Part shown: positions 1-11,900 of the stretch, piece by piece
How the letters are laid out: each line of letters opens with the position of its first letter
How positions within the stretch are numbered: position 1 is the first letter of the stretch
Assembly (NCBI GenBank): GCA_963924565.1
Contig: OZ004613.1
Coordinates: 8,928,001 to 8,992,000, forward strand
Length of the DNA stretch: 64,000 nt
Reading direction: 5' to 3'
From: Ascidiella aspersa
Lineage: Eukaryota
Position numbers and translations under genes: made by a program
Notes under the pieces: generated by a model
The model's database searches: none
Seen by the model: only the letters and a program-made list of their open reading frames with translations
What the model was told of the DNA's origin: nothing

Positions 1-212
1 ACTGACATACCGCTGGCATTGGCACCGTAAAGGGAAACATAAAACTGTGGTGTCACCAGCCCATGCTAGATGTGGCACAAAAATCAATTTTAGTGAACAA
101 CGTAATATTTTTTTATTGACGTGAAACCGTTATCCTTCGAAAAACCCTGGAGTGGTTGATATTACAAATGTACAGGCAATATTTTGACTCCGACTCTTTT
201 TTAAACTACAAC

Positions 213-554
213 ACGCTAACTCTTTTAACGCTAACTCTTTTAACGCTAACTCTTTTAACGCTAACTCTTTTAACGCTAACTCTTTTAACGCTAACTCTTT
301 TAACGCTAACTCTTTTAACGCTAACTCTTTTAACGCTAACTCTTTTAACGCTAACTCTTTTAACGCTAACTCTTTTAACGCTAACTCTTTTAACGCTAAC
401 TCTTTTAACGCTAACTCTTTTAACGCTAACTCTTTTAACGCTAACTCTTTCAACGCTAACTCTTTCAACGCTAACCCTTTTAACGCTAATCCTTTTAACG
501 CTAACCCTTTTAACGCTAACCCTTTTAACGCTAACCCTTTTAACGCTAACTCTA
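213..554. repeat. 15-bp minisatellite (ACGCTAACTCTTTTA) x about 23 in the PDX1 intron
   Basis: Directly visible tandem array with a few variant units (CCC, TTC) at the right end. It explains the ALKEL/LTLTL/SVKRV repeat ORFs. Confidence 0.97.
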
Positions 555-782
555 TTACTCTTAAAAACTTTTCTAGCTCCAACTCTTCTAACTCCAATTC
601 TACTAATACATGTATAAATCAGTGGAAATCTGCACATTGCGTCATGCGCACAGTCTAAAAGTGAGCACATTTCAGGGCATTTTTTCGCACATTACGCAAA
701 AAACGCCACGTCCCCTGTTCCCTATATGGTTGCAGTTAGGACAAGTCAGCCAACATATTTGCGTTTCTACAAAAATTCTCAC

Positions 783-1538
783 CCCGGCTTGTTCGGCAAC
801 TCTGGCTTGATCGGCGTTGACAACGTCCATAATGATGCCGCCCTTCATCATCTGGGCGAAGCCGGTTTTTACCTTCAACGTCCCTTAATTTTGACAAAGA
901 GCGTTTAAATATTGAGGGTTTTCTAAATGTTTTTTCGTGCAAAAACTGAGTAAAAACAAAAGTTTATTTGTACGGTTTTTGGCGCTGGTCTAGAATCATA
1001 CCACTTTTTTACAGTAGCGAAACGAGTTTAAAATTTAAATTATGAACTGGGAGAATAAATATATTAATATAATGTTTGACCGACCCAAACCAAAATAATG
1101 TTAGCAACATTAACCCCCAGGACAAAGTGTGGTAGGACGCTAGACCAGTGTCATTTTATCTGATTTAACTTTTGAAGTTTAGTTTAAGAAATAACTAACT
1201 TAGTAGCTTAAAATGAATAGTTACGCCTATCAGCTATTTGAGTAAAGTTTTATACTGTAAGCTTGTAATATTTTATGTATAGTCTTGCGCAACCAGGTTG
1301 TTAAGGTTAAAGCATCCAGTGCAAACTAAACAAAGCGGTTATTAAAACATACAAAACCGTTGAGCATATAATAGCAGCCCCGCCAAAAAAGAACATACGT
1401 CACGGCAAGAAGCATGACAAAGCATTTATCCGGCACAATGCAGTTAAAACTACAGTCGAGACTTTTGTTCTCTCGTACAAAACCAACAATATGAGATATG
1501 GACGCAATTTCCTTACCTGTGGCCTGTTGCTGCTCCAT
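783..1538 (-). CDS. PDX1: Pyridoxal 5'-phosphate synthase subunit PDX1/SNZ/PdxS, coding exons 1-2 (gene continues beyond the left edge)
   Basis: Exon 1 1538-1517 (MEQQQAT+G, donor GTAAGG, phase 1) joins exon 2 883-783 (acceptor AAG, donor GTGAGA, phase 0). Product [41 protein letters not shown] matches the PDX1 N-terminal signature (KxGxAQMxKGGxIMDVxNxxQAxxAExAG). The next expected exon is not in the window. Confidence 0.93.
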
Positions 1539-3675
1539 GTTAGTTATATTTAAACAAAAACAAAAACAAAACGACTGTATAACCTTCATAAAACAGAAAA
1601 GGGTTATAGGGAGCAATGTTGCATTTTATGTTAAGCCATCTTTGACCAGCAGTAAATTATAAAAAAACTATATTATGTTTAAAAATAACATATTAAAGGT
1701 TTAGTAGAAGACTGTGCAGACAACTATTATTTTCATGCTTTATGAATTTATGACCAAGTAAATGTATTACTTTAATCCTGCTCCATTGTACGAACGTTCT
1801 AATTTGAGCAAAATAGAAAACGCTAACTGACTTTTGACATAAAGGCCATTTAAAGTGAAAAATAGAAGGCCTTATGAAACTTTAAGTTGGTTTACGGCAG
1901 CCAAGCGCGATTTCTGAACTATAATCACGAATTTTAAGAACGTATTCTCACAATTTAACTCGATCTACCGCTAAGACAACAAATTTCCCTAAACTTGCGT
2001 GATGACATTGCATTTTAGCTTGCGTAACGAATTTCAGCTGTCAATGAACCTTACCATTGTACACCATTGCGTTTCAGCTTTTGCGTGCTGATTAATTCTT
2101 CTTAATGAACATTACAGTCTTTCACATCTGTTTAAACTATGCTACCTATCTATGTGACTGGCTGATCTGCTGAAGGGCGTATAAATGTGCTTTTACCTTG
2201 CTGTTTCGCCAAATATCGCTTCTGTTGCGTCATGCCTTCTCGAAGGGCGTGTGAAAACCCGCCCACCTACTGTTAGTCTGCAGCTCCAACTCGAGTGGAC
2301 GTCTTACATAAGTGCGCCATGTGTAGCTCAACTGAACTCTTACGGCGTGGTGAGCGCGCTTGACAATTGATCAACTGCTCTGCGGGGCGCTGGTGATTTC
2401 ATCATCAGTCAATTACGCGGCAGGCCTAGTTACGTTGTGCGAGCTGTACGAGTCGGCAACTGGACTCTTAATCAGAACTGTCTGACTTCGCAGCAGCTAA
2501 ATATCGTAACCAAGAAGGCTTTTAGCTATTTGTGCCTCAGAGGCTATTAGCTATTTGTGAAAGTATAGCCTAAAACTGTAGGTTTCACTTCGACTGCAGA
2601 GTATTTTGTTTCGACTTAATAACGCACTTCTTAGGCTCTGTTTGCTTAGCTGACTGTGAGCGGACGGTTTTAAGAAAGAGTATGTTCTGTGCGTTTTTCA
2701 AACCGGATATGCCTACTCACTGGTGCCTATATCAAATAGCACGCCATTCAAGCCTAGACTCCGTGTAGAAACAGTGAATAGCCGATATTTTCAGATTTTC
2801 GCACGAATAGTCCATACTCTGAACAATTAGATTGGTGTTAACTTTGGAACTGATTTTTGTTACTTGAGTGTAGTCAAGAAGAAGAAATGGCACGGCAAAG
2901 GTACATTTTAAGTTGGATTGACGTTCCAATGCTTTACAAACATTATTTTAGAAGATATCAGTAGCCTAAAACATTATTGGAGCATTATTTGAGAAACTAA
3001 AAACCCAATTAAAAGCACGGGTATTTTATAGTACAGATAATATTTGTGAATCGTCAAATATATAAGAATATGTTAGAATTTCGCTCTCTGTGTACACGCC
3101 TTGCACTTTCATGCTTTTAATAAACTTGATTTACAATAGCCATCGGCGCAGAACTATAACACACTCCCAATAATTACAGTAGGACATTTGCCAGTATCCC
3201 ATTGATTTCCCCGGGGAGCAATAGAGATATCAATTGCAAAAAAACGTGTGGAACATGCCATGGGTCCACCAACTGTTTCGTATAATAACGTGAACTTTTA
3301 ATTTTTTTCTCGACTATGGTGAGTATTGTAACTGAACCACGGCCGTCATTTTAAATTTATCAGTGGCAAGAAGGACTAAGTTAGCTATTAGGCAAAACAA
3401 GCACGTGCTTAGTGCACTAAGGAAAGGGAGCGCTACAGAAAGTTTCATAACCGACTTTTTAATAGTGCCTGAGTGTTGAATGAAATATTTTTCTGGTTAA
3501 ACGTATTAGACCTCAATATTGGCCCGTGAAAAAATATTTTTTGTTTATTTGTTGGATATGTCTTGTGTGGTTTATTTTGTTTAAATTTTAAATAACACAT
3601 ATAGGGCAAAATTTTATTCAAGTGTTTAGGCTTAGGGCCTCTAAAAGGCTTGTCCGGCACTGGTGGCAGAAGGAT
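1539..3675. promoter_or_regulatory. Putative shared (bidirectional) promoter region between divergent PDX1 and PDX2
   Basis: Inferred from the head-to-head arrangement of the two start regions. A more GC-rich tract lies at about 2150-2500. No transcription start site can be assigned. Confidence 0.45.
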
Positions 3676-6600
3676 ATGGAAATCGTTACGTGTTAACGTT
3701 ACCCCCGGGATTTCTCTGGGCTCTTAACCTAATAAGTTCCACTTTTTGCAGCGTGAACGTTGGGGTGCTTGCAATACACGGCGGAGTGGTGGAACACTTC
3801 GATTGCCTGAAGAAGGCTGCCGAGCAACTTCAATCGAACGGACATGAGGCCGTCCGCTTTAACGTCTTCAACGTTACCAAACCGGAGCAGGTAAATCTTC
3901 AGTGTTGTAAACTCGTCATTTTGAAATGACTGAAATTCCAGTCAAGTATTTGTTAAATAATTTAAGTCTATGTCAAGTCAATTATAAAAGAACTTAAGTC
4001 CCAGTCAAGTCATAATAGAGCAAGTCAATTTTAAGTCCTTACCGTAAAAAATAAACTAGAAACTATTAAAATTTGTGAATTAGTCCTGCTATGAACCATA
4101 CCCTCTATTAAAAAAATCCATCCTATTGCAAGCAAAATGTTTTACATGCGAAATTTAAGATAAATAACTCAGTTTTGTAATGAAAAGTGCTTAATGAAAA
4201 CAGTTATCTTAACAAACCTGATCTGTTCAAAACACTTACGTCAAGTCAAGTCATTTGAATAGCGTGACTTAAGTGTACAAGTAATTGATTTAAGTCATTA
4301 CAACACTAAATCGTAACGCAAAATATGCATCACTATGACACCTAGATCTGCGATGACTACTTTTACGTTGCGCCTACATGACCTAATAGCTTCCGGAGTG
4401 CTGTTACACATTTAAACGTAAAAATTGACAGTATGTGACCCGGTTTGCCCCTGGCTTGTCTTGTCCCTGCTTTGCATCACAGCAAACGATGTTTAACGTA
4501 TAGGTGAATGACGAACTGGACGGCCTGATTCTTCCCGGAGGCGAGAGCACTGTGCTGACCAAACATCTGAGCAAAAACGGATTTCTTGATCATTTGCGCA
4601 AATGGACGAAGCAGCAAAACAAGGTTTGTGGACTACAGAAAACCCGCGTTTTTATAAAACCTTCTAGTAGCATTTTTATAACCAAATCACGTTTTTGAAT
4701 GTGCCTGTATGTTCGCGGCAAACTTTATCAGCCGTTTGCGTAAAATGAACTGTGATAAACTTCGCGAAATTTATATGTTACATTTCACACAGCTAAAATT
4801 ATTAAATTTGAAAACTAGTTTTTTGGTTACACAGCGAATGGTTGCATTTAAATTTAAAGCTAATAGTTGCATTAAAAACTTTTTTCTAAATTCTATTTGC
4901 CAACATTTAACATACTCTATATGTTGTTTAGTTCACGTGGGGTACGTGTGCAGGATTTATCCTGCTCTCCAATCAAGTTAGCGGGCACGGAAAAGATGCG
5001 GTATCCCTGGTAAGGCTTTCTGTTGTCAAAACAAAATAAAACGCAATTACATATAGAGTCTACAATATGTTTCTGGTATTAGTTCTAGAGTTTTAAAGTT
5101 ACAGTTAAAACACATAAAATATATGAAATATTACCACACAAATTCCTTGGTTTGGGTATCACTTATTTATAAAGGCATATCTCTGTGGTTGGTTATTGTC
5201 GATGATTCTATATTAACTGTAGAATGTGATTCTAAATATAGGCTACATATTAAATGTTTTTTTATTGGCCCCGATTGGACCAACAATGTACAGATGTTCG
5301 TATAACAAACGATGACATCGTGTTGCGTGGCTAACGACCGTACTTAGTTTACAATGCAGTAATAATAGAGATTTCGTCGCTTACGATCACAACAGGTTAT
5401 TTAGAGATGACAGCGAACGGTGACAGTAGCCGTACGCACGTTTGTGTTTGCTTTCGGCCGCTAAATACAGTTGTCATCGAGGCGGGTTCATTATATAACA
5501 TGATTATCACTGGTTAAAAAAAGTGTCACAGTGCCAAATCGCTAAGACACAGAATAAACCATTTCATTCCGACATATATTTCGCCAACTAAGGCATCGTC
5601 AGTATATCTGAATAAAAACAAACGCAACAGTATAAGAGTCTTATACTGTTGCGTTTGTTTTTATTCAGATATACTGACGATGCCTTAGTTGGCGAAATAT
5701 ATATATATCTTTTAAGATCTGGTTAATGTGTCTGACCTGAATTGCTAGCTTTGCTAGATTATTTTGCTGTTACTGATCAGGAATTAAGGTCGACATTTAT
5801 CTTGCGAGGGTCAAGGTGATTTCCATTTTTAACATATTCAGTGCAACATTCATTCCGACATAACGATATTTTGTTGTGCAAAAATTTGCTCTGGTACGTA
5901 TTATGACATAGGTATTCCAGCGATGAGTGACGACAAAAATGCAATATTTTATGCGTTAGATTTGTCGAAATATAGTGGGTGAAGAAATTGAAAGTTTTAC
6001 CTATATATCTTAAACATTCTGCCTAACATGGATTTTGAATGATTGAGATTAAACATATTATTCTAATTCGAGCGTGATGATGAAGTATTTGATCCCGGAT
6101 TTACACAGACTTGGACAACTAGATAATTCTAGTTTTCTAATTCAATGAATAAGAGCAAGGAGCGCCTAATTCTAATTCTAATCTAATTTGTAAATTGCTT
6201 GTGCGCTCTAATTCTAGTTCTAATCTAATTCGGATTTTACCAAAAAATGCTACTTTATCCAACGGCATTTTTAGTCTCTTAGTCAAAAAAAAATTCGAAT
6301 TCCAACTCTTTGGTTGGAACGTAATTTGCACAGTCTGAAAAGCATATGCTATGCTAAAAGGCATCAATATTAGCACACACATATTTACTATTCACTTTCC
6401 TATTAGAATAATTGCGATTTACTGAAACTTATTGTGAATATTCAAATGTAATTCTAGTCCTAATTCTAGTTCAAATTCGTTTTTTTTTAGAATTCGGTAA
6501 TTCTAATTCTAATCTAATTTGAGAAAACCCAAAATGATCTAATTCTAATTCTAATCTAATTGGAAAAAAAATGAAATGCTCTAATTTTAATTCTAATCTA

Positions 6601-8994
6601 ATTTTAAAAAGCTAAAATAAATCTAGTTGTCCAAGTCTGGATTTACAAACGTACTTTTTGACCTTATAATATTGCGCTTTTGTGTCGAAATAAAAAGTGA
6701 TGGATCTGATGTTACGTTGCACTACAAAATTATCACCGGTTGCTAATTACGCCGACTGTGAATTCTAAAATTCATTATTAGTTTTGCGTCTTTGCTTTTA
6801 AATGTAGGGCTATATAGGATTTAGGTTTTCGCATTTCGGGATATATATATAATAACGTAATATTTTTGTGCGCTCTGGTGTTCGCCCGTTTAATTGGACT
6901 CTGGATCTGTTGTTTCCTGTCTCTAAACAATTCTACAAATCTCACGATCATTTATCGCTTGTGTTTCGCCGCGGTTTAACTTCGCACGAAAAGGTCCGCC
7001 CATTGCAATCTTTCCACGAAACGGCCGCCCTGTAAGGCAGGCCTCGGGTTCTCGGGAGCGCGTCGGTTCCCGTGAGAGAGAGTTTTTGTTTAACGTTTAT
7101 TATGAGCGGCTGACCGCTTAGCCCTAGAGAGTAGTAAACGTTTTGGGTGTAGCCTTGTGATATTAAGGGGTAAGACTTTGTGTTATATGCTCTGTCATTC
7201 GGTTGTTTGTAAGTAATTGTGTGTGTCTAGTTGTGATTATTGTTTGTGGTGTGGTAATATTTAACTCTTGCAACCAATACATCTGTACATTGGGTTTTCT
7301 TGTTGTGGTCTTTAATATAAACTCTCTTTGCTAGTTTATTTAATACCCGAAAAATAGGGCTCACTAGCGGCTTTAACGGGAAGCCAAGGTAATTTTCTAA
7401 AATTACTAGTTAAAGTCGTAACATCTGGCATTGTTAACCACTCATTGATTAAAGTTCAATAAAAATAAATGTTATGCTACAACCACTCAGTGATTAAAGT
7501 ACAATGAAAATAAGTTTTATGCTAGAATTAAAACGAAGAGGGTGTTCAATCCCGGATCGGACAAACTTTTTGCTCAAAACATAGGGTTTTTATATCAAAA
7601 TAAAATGCGACCAGCTTGGCATCCTTAACCATCCCTATTTATTAATAAGTAACGGAAACGAACTTTGGACAAGAAAACAATTATAAAAAAAATAAAGGGG
7701 GGAGAGAACTAGAATTTTGACAACTAGATTTTATTTTTTGATTTTTTTAAATTAGATTAGAATTAAAATGAGAGCACTTGTTTTTCAAACTTTTTTTTCA
7801 AATTTTTCAAGGTTTTTCAAAGTTTGTTTAAAATTGAAATTAGAGCATCTATTCCAATTTATATTAGAATATAGAATTACCGAATTCCCAACAACTATAA
7901 ATGAAACCACAATTTAAACCAAAATTACGTTTAATTAATTCACAATCAATTGAGGTTATTTGCTATTGATTCTCATAATATTCAAAATTTAGCTGTTTAG
8001 TTATTGCGACCGAAGAGTATTTAGTTCTTTGTTCAGGATGAGAGACCAAAGTATGCCGTTGGACAAAGTTCAATTTTTTGTAATACCGGAATTAGATTAG
8101 AACTAGAATTAAAGCGCACAAGCAATTCAAAATAGATTAGATTTGGAATTAGCTGCACTTTGTTCTAATCTAATTCGTTAAATGAGACTAGGGTTCACCA
8201 TATTGCGACAGTTTGTGTTGCACATTACAGTTATCGGAACCTTTATGTAAAAAGGTTGGTTACTCTTGCATTAGACAACTGGACTTAAACCAACTCTTTT
8301 CAGGCCAGAATTGTTTTAAACCATCTCGTTTCTAACAAGAATTAAAATAAACCAACTTTTTCGCCAAAATTAAAATAAAACAACTCTTTTCGAACAAGAA
8401 TTAAAATTAACCAACTCTTTTCGAACAAGAATTAAATTAAACCAACTTTCTTTGAACAAGAACTCAGACAAGCCAACTTTTGTCACCAAGAATTAATATT
8501 AACCAACTATTTTCGAACAAGAATTGAAATAAACCAACCCTTTTCGGTCAAGAACTACAATAAACCAATTCTTTTCGGTCAATAACTAAAATAAACCAAC
8601 TCTTTTCGGGCAAGAACAAAAGCTAATCAACTCGCCAACTGTTTAGATCGGCGGATTGGACGTTACCATCGTTCGAAACGCCTTCGGTCGCCAGATCAAC
8701 AGTTTCGAGGGTGAACTGCTGCTGACCGACGCCAACCTGGCCAACTCCGAATCCAAGTTCCAGGGGGTCTTTATCCGGGCGCCCGGCGTCAAATCGGTGG
8801 ACAGCGACGCCGTGTCGGTGCTCTGCCGATTTCCGGACGGCGCCGCCACCAGCGGAACCGGGGAATCCCTGATCAGCGCCGTGGGCGTGCGTCAGGGCAA
8901 CGTCATGGGATGCACCTTTCACCCGGAGCTCACTGAGGACACCAGGTGGCACAAATACTTCTTGGCCGAGGTTTTTCGACTAAAGTACAATTAA
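3676..8994 (+). CDS. PDX2: PLP synthase glutaminase subunit PDX2/SNO/PdxT (class I glutamine amidotransferase)
   Basis: Exons 3752-3890 (VNVGVLAIHGGVVEH...KPEQ), 4504-4623 (DGLILPGGEST), 4932-5009 (WGTCAGFILL, catalytic Cys) and 8647-8994 (IGGLDVTIVRNAFGRQINSFE...VFIRAP...FHPELT, His-Glu). All have GT-AG boundaries and consistent phase 0. The start exon is uncertain: 3676-3689 (MEIV+AC, weak donor GTGTTA) gives the required phase 2, whereas ATG|GTGAGT at 3316-3318 is out of phase. Confidence 0.93.
3900..4307. mobile_element. hAT-like MITE family B (CAGTGTTGTAA...TTACAACACTG termini, internal TCAAG/GACTT motifs) in a PDX2 intron
   Basis: TIR-like ends; near-TSD TAAATCTT / TAAATCGT with the right terminus clipped. 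Related copies or fragments at about 10480-10600, 11200-11608, 19077-19217, 21111, 37757-37945, 44838-45234 and 46735-46905. Confidence 0.7.
5563..5862 (+). mobile_element. Penelope-like retroelement remnant with 5' inversion (129-bp perfect palindrome) flanked by 14-bp direct repeats
   Basis: Direct repeat TTCATTCCGACATA at 5563-5576 and 5849-5862; perfect 64-bp inverted arms 5574-5637 and 5639-5702; contains a minimal hammerhead motif. Confidence 0.65.
5667..5710 (+). ncRNA. Minimal type I hammerhead ribozyme motif
   Basis: Stem I AGATATA/TATATCT, core CTGACGA(T), stem II GCC-ttagtt-GGC, GAAA, palindromic mini stem III ATATAT, predicted cleavage triplet AUA (cut after 5703). Confidence 0.65.
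6106..6639. mobile_element. hAT MITE family A, 534 bp
   Basis: 19-bp TIR CAGACTTGGACAACTAGAT / ATCTAGTTGTCCAAGTCTG; perfect 8-bp TSD GATTTACA (6098-6105, 6640-6647); internal TCTAAT motif repeats. Confidence 0.92.
6710..7423 (+). mobile_element. Probable solo LTR (Gypsy or BEL/Pao type), about 714 bp
   Basis: TGTTACG...CGTAACA termini; 5-bp flanks TCTGA / TCTGG (4 of 5 match); internal TATA-like run at about 6841; GC-rich core followed by a GT-rich tract; no ORF. Confidence 0.55.
7717..8185. mobile_element. Degenerate copy of hAT MITE family A, inverted relative to 6106-6639
   Basis: Shares GACAACTAGAT, GAATTACCGAATTCC, ATGCCGTTGGACAAAGT and AATTAGATTAGAACTAGAATTA blocks with the copy at 53564-54087; termini decayed. 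Confidence 0.7.
8287..8640. repeat. Degenerate minisatellite of about 31 bp (AACCAACTCTTTTCGAACAAGAATTAAAATA), about 11 copies, abutting the last PDX2 splice acceptor
   Basis: Visible recurring AACCAAC...AAGAA units ending just before the TTTAG acceptor at 8642-8646. Confidence 0.85.
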
Positions 8995-11900
8995 GCTTCG
9001 TGAACGCAAACTGCATGGGGTTTTAGATCGTTTTTTTTTTCGATTTTAGGTGAAATTTGCTGCTGCTGCCTGGCATTTCTTTAAGATTAAGCGAGATCTT
9101 CGCAATTTGCGTTTTCTGTCTGAAGTTTTTCTGCCTTTTTGCCTCATTTTTAAACAATTTGCCGCAAAGTTTTATCAAGATACACAACAATAAAGCGTAG
9201 CCCGTGTAGCATAATTAAGCGTGGTGCTGAATTTCTCAATTTGCGGCTCCTGCCTGGGCGTTTTTGCCACGTTTTTAACAATTTCCCGCGAGGTTTTATC
9301 AAAATACGCTAGAAAAGCCGTGGCCGCGTGTGGCACAAGCATGGGGTTAAATTTCCCTTCTTTTTTTTAAATAGTTTCAATTTCCCCTCTGAACGGTTTT
9401 TTGCCATGTTTAGGCAAAAGTTGTTTTTCGTATACTTTTCTCCTAGTTGTGCGTTGTACTAGCAGGGTTTTAATTATCCATTTTATTGCCCTTTTAGTTT
9501 GAATTTGCAATTGCTAGCTAAACATGTTGTTACGGTACGCAGAAGTTTTTATTAATTATTTATTTTTCTTATATACGCGCGTGTCATAGGCGCTAAAATG
9601 AAGAACTAATCTTGTCATTTATATCTGTTTTAGTTAAATTCTGCGACTTCCGCTAATACCTGAACGTTTTACCTCGTTAGGCACAAGTTTTGTTACATCT
9701 TTTTCTCATCGAAAAAGTGTTTGTCGTGTATCGGAAGGTTTTAAATTACATTAAACATGTATTTTATGGTTATTGCCCTGTACGCGCGGTTGTATATGTG
9801 TTTTCTTAAGTATTTAGTTTGTTAGCATTTCTAGTGGAATAATCAAATATAAGACGACGATAGAAAACTATCAATATAATATTGAGTAAATTTCATTTTT
9901 AGATCTATTTTTAACAAATGTCGACATATGCATGCTATACTTCTAATTACTTTTCTTATTTTATAAAACAGTCACCTTAAACAAAACAATAAATTTTAGG
10001 TCCAAGTTTGACATTCCTATTTTGTTATGAAGAAAATTCCAGAAGGGTCATCTTCCAGAACTGTGTAATGTAAACACAATTTTTTTGCTTCGCAACAACT
10101 TTTAAGTTGGTTGTTTTGCGGTTTATTAGGCTGCTCGAAAATACAAAATACAGATAAATAGGGCAACTTATCTTATAGTTAGTGCTTGGTACCACAATAT
10201 TATCTTCTTATTGAGTAAGGACTTGCTTAATAACTCAACAGACCAGCAATATCACGAATTTCTAAGTCGTTTATATAGGTTAACCTTATTCATCTCAAAA
10301 TTGTTGAAAGAAAAAAAGTATGGATTGGCTGATTTGTACTTGTATTAACGTGACGTGGTATTTTGTTTAGATCACTACATTAAATTAAGTGGCTTGTATC
10401 AACTCTGCCCTCTAAAAAACAATTATTGCTCATAGTCGAGTTTACCAAATTTATTGGTTTAATTTTATTCATTTTTATGTCAATGACTTGACTTGTTTTA
10501 ATTTTATGTCAATGACTTGGCTTGAAGTTTACTTGTTCTCATAACGACTTGGCTAGGACTTGAATTAGGGAACTGATGCCTAGGTTTGAAACTTGACTAA
10601 ACGTTAAAGTAAACATAGGATTTTCCTAACTGAGTTGCACATTAAAAAATAATTATCTTCAAACGATAAAGGCGGAAAAAGTTTTAATTAATTTTACCAG
10701 GTTGTAGCCTTTTTTACAAAACCGGCTTCGTTTCTTACACCGATTGAATTTTATGTTTATTTTGCGATAGATTGTTTCTGCGTTAGGCTTTTAAATTAGT
10801 TAATCTTTGCTCAACAAAAATGCAAAGTCAGGTAAAATGTTGCGTATAGTTACTATTATATTTTGCGCGTGTAAATTTGAAAACAATAAATGTTTGTGTT
10901 TTACTACCCAAGCTAGTCTAACATTAATTTTGGAAAAATTTCACTGGAATAATATCGACCTAGTTTGATGTCATTCTTTAATGTCATTCTATACATCGTT
11001 CGTTTTGTGACTCCGCCAATTTGCAACACGATCTGTCTGTGGTAGAACGCGTCATATCCGACCGGGCTTCAGGAAATTGTGCCGCCACTCAATCGAGCTA
11101 TTCTTTATCGTACCAGCTTCCGTTTTTCTCTTTTAGCGCTAAGCACTGGTTATTAATGTCATAAACAACTCATTTGGAACAGATAACAAGGTCCAGTCCA
11201 AATTATCAGTTGTCCAAGTCACAGTAAAGTCATAGTTCAAGTGAACTTCGAGTCAAGTTCTTGTCAAAATATAAAACGTTATGCTTTTAAAATAGCTAAA
11301 CTCGTTCGATTTATGAGCAATAACTCGACTAAAAAAGGACGAAAACCTGACATATAGCAAGCAAATCGTTTTATGCGCAAAAGTTAATCTAAATACACAA
11401 TTTTATAAATCAATTACTTGATAAAATCACTTCGTTTCAACCCAAGTCATTCGTCCAAAACACTTAGTCAAGTCAAGTCATTTGTCTAAATGCAAGGCAA
11501 ATAATTTTGTTTAAAATACTTGAGTCAAACCAATTAAGTCATTTGAAAACAGCGACTTAAGTGCACATAATTTAAGTCAAGTCTTTAACTTAAGTCATTA
11601 CAACACTGATGGTTATTATTTATCTATAAGCCGGTGGTTATAATACAGTGAGCCATTTACTTTAATTTGGTTGGGCAAATAAAATAAACCAGTTGGAACA
11701 AGCAATTTAATTTATGTTATGTGATTTTTGTTAATCCCGTACACCAAAATCACTGTTAGAATTGACGTGCAATTGTTTCTTGTGTTAATTGAATGGCCGT
11801 CGCTCTGTTTTGCAAGATCTAAAAAACACTCAGTAAAACCTAGCTGCAACGAAAACAAGGTTAAATGAGCAGAACTGACCTAGGCGCGTTTCGCCAATTC

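Noticed and set aside
130-670. Three ORFs of about 155 aa with ALKEL/LTLTL/SVKRV repeats
   Set aside because: They are translations of the 15-bp intronic minisatellite, which is open in several frames; no evidence of coding function.
783-8994. Bacterial pdxST operon or contaminating prokaryotic DNA
   Set aside because: Both genes are split by GT-AG introns that contain the same MITE families found elsewhere in the window.
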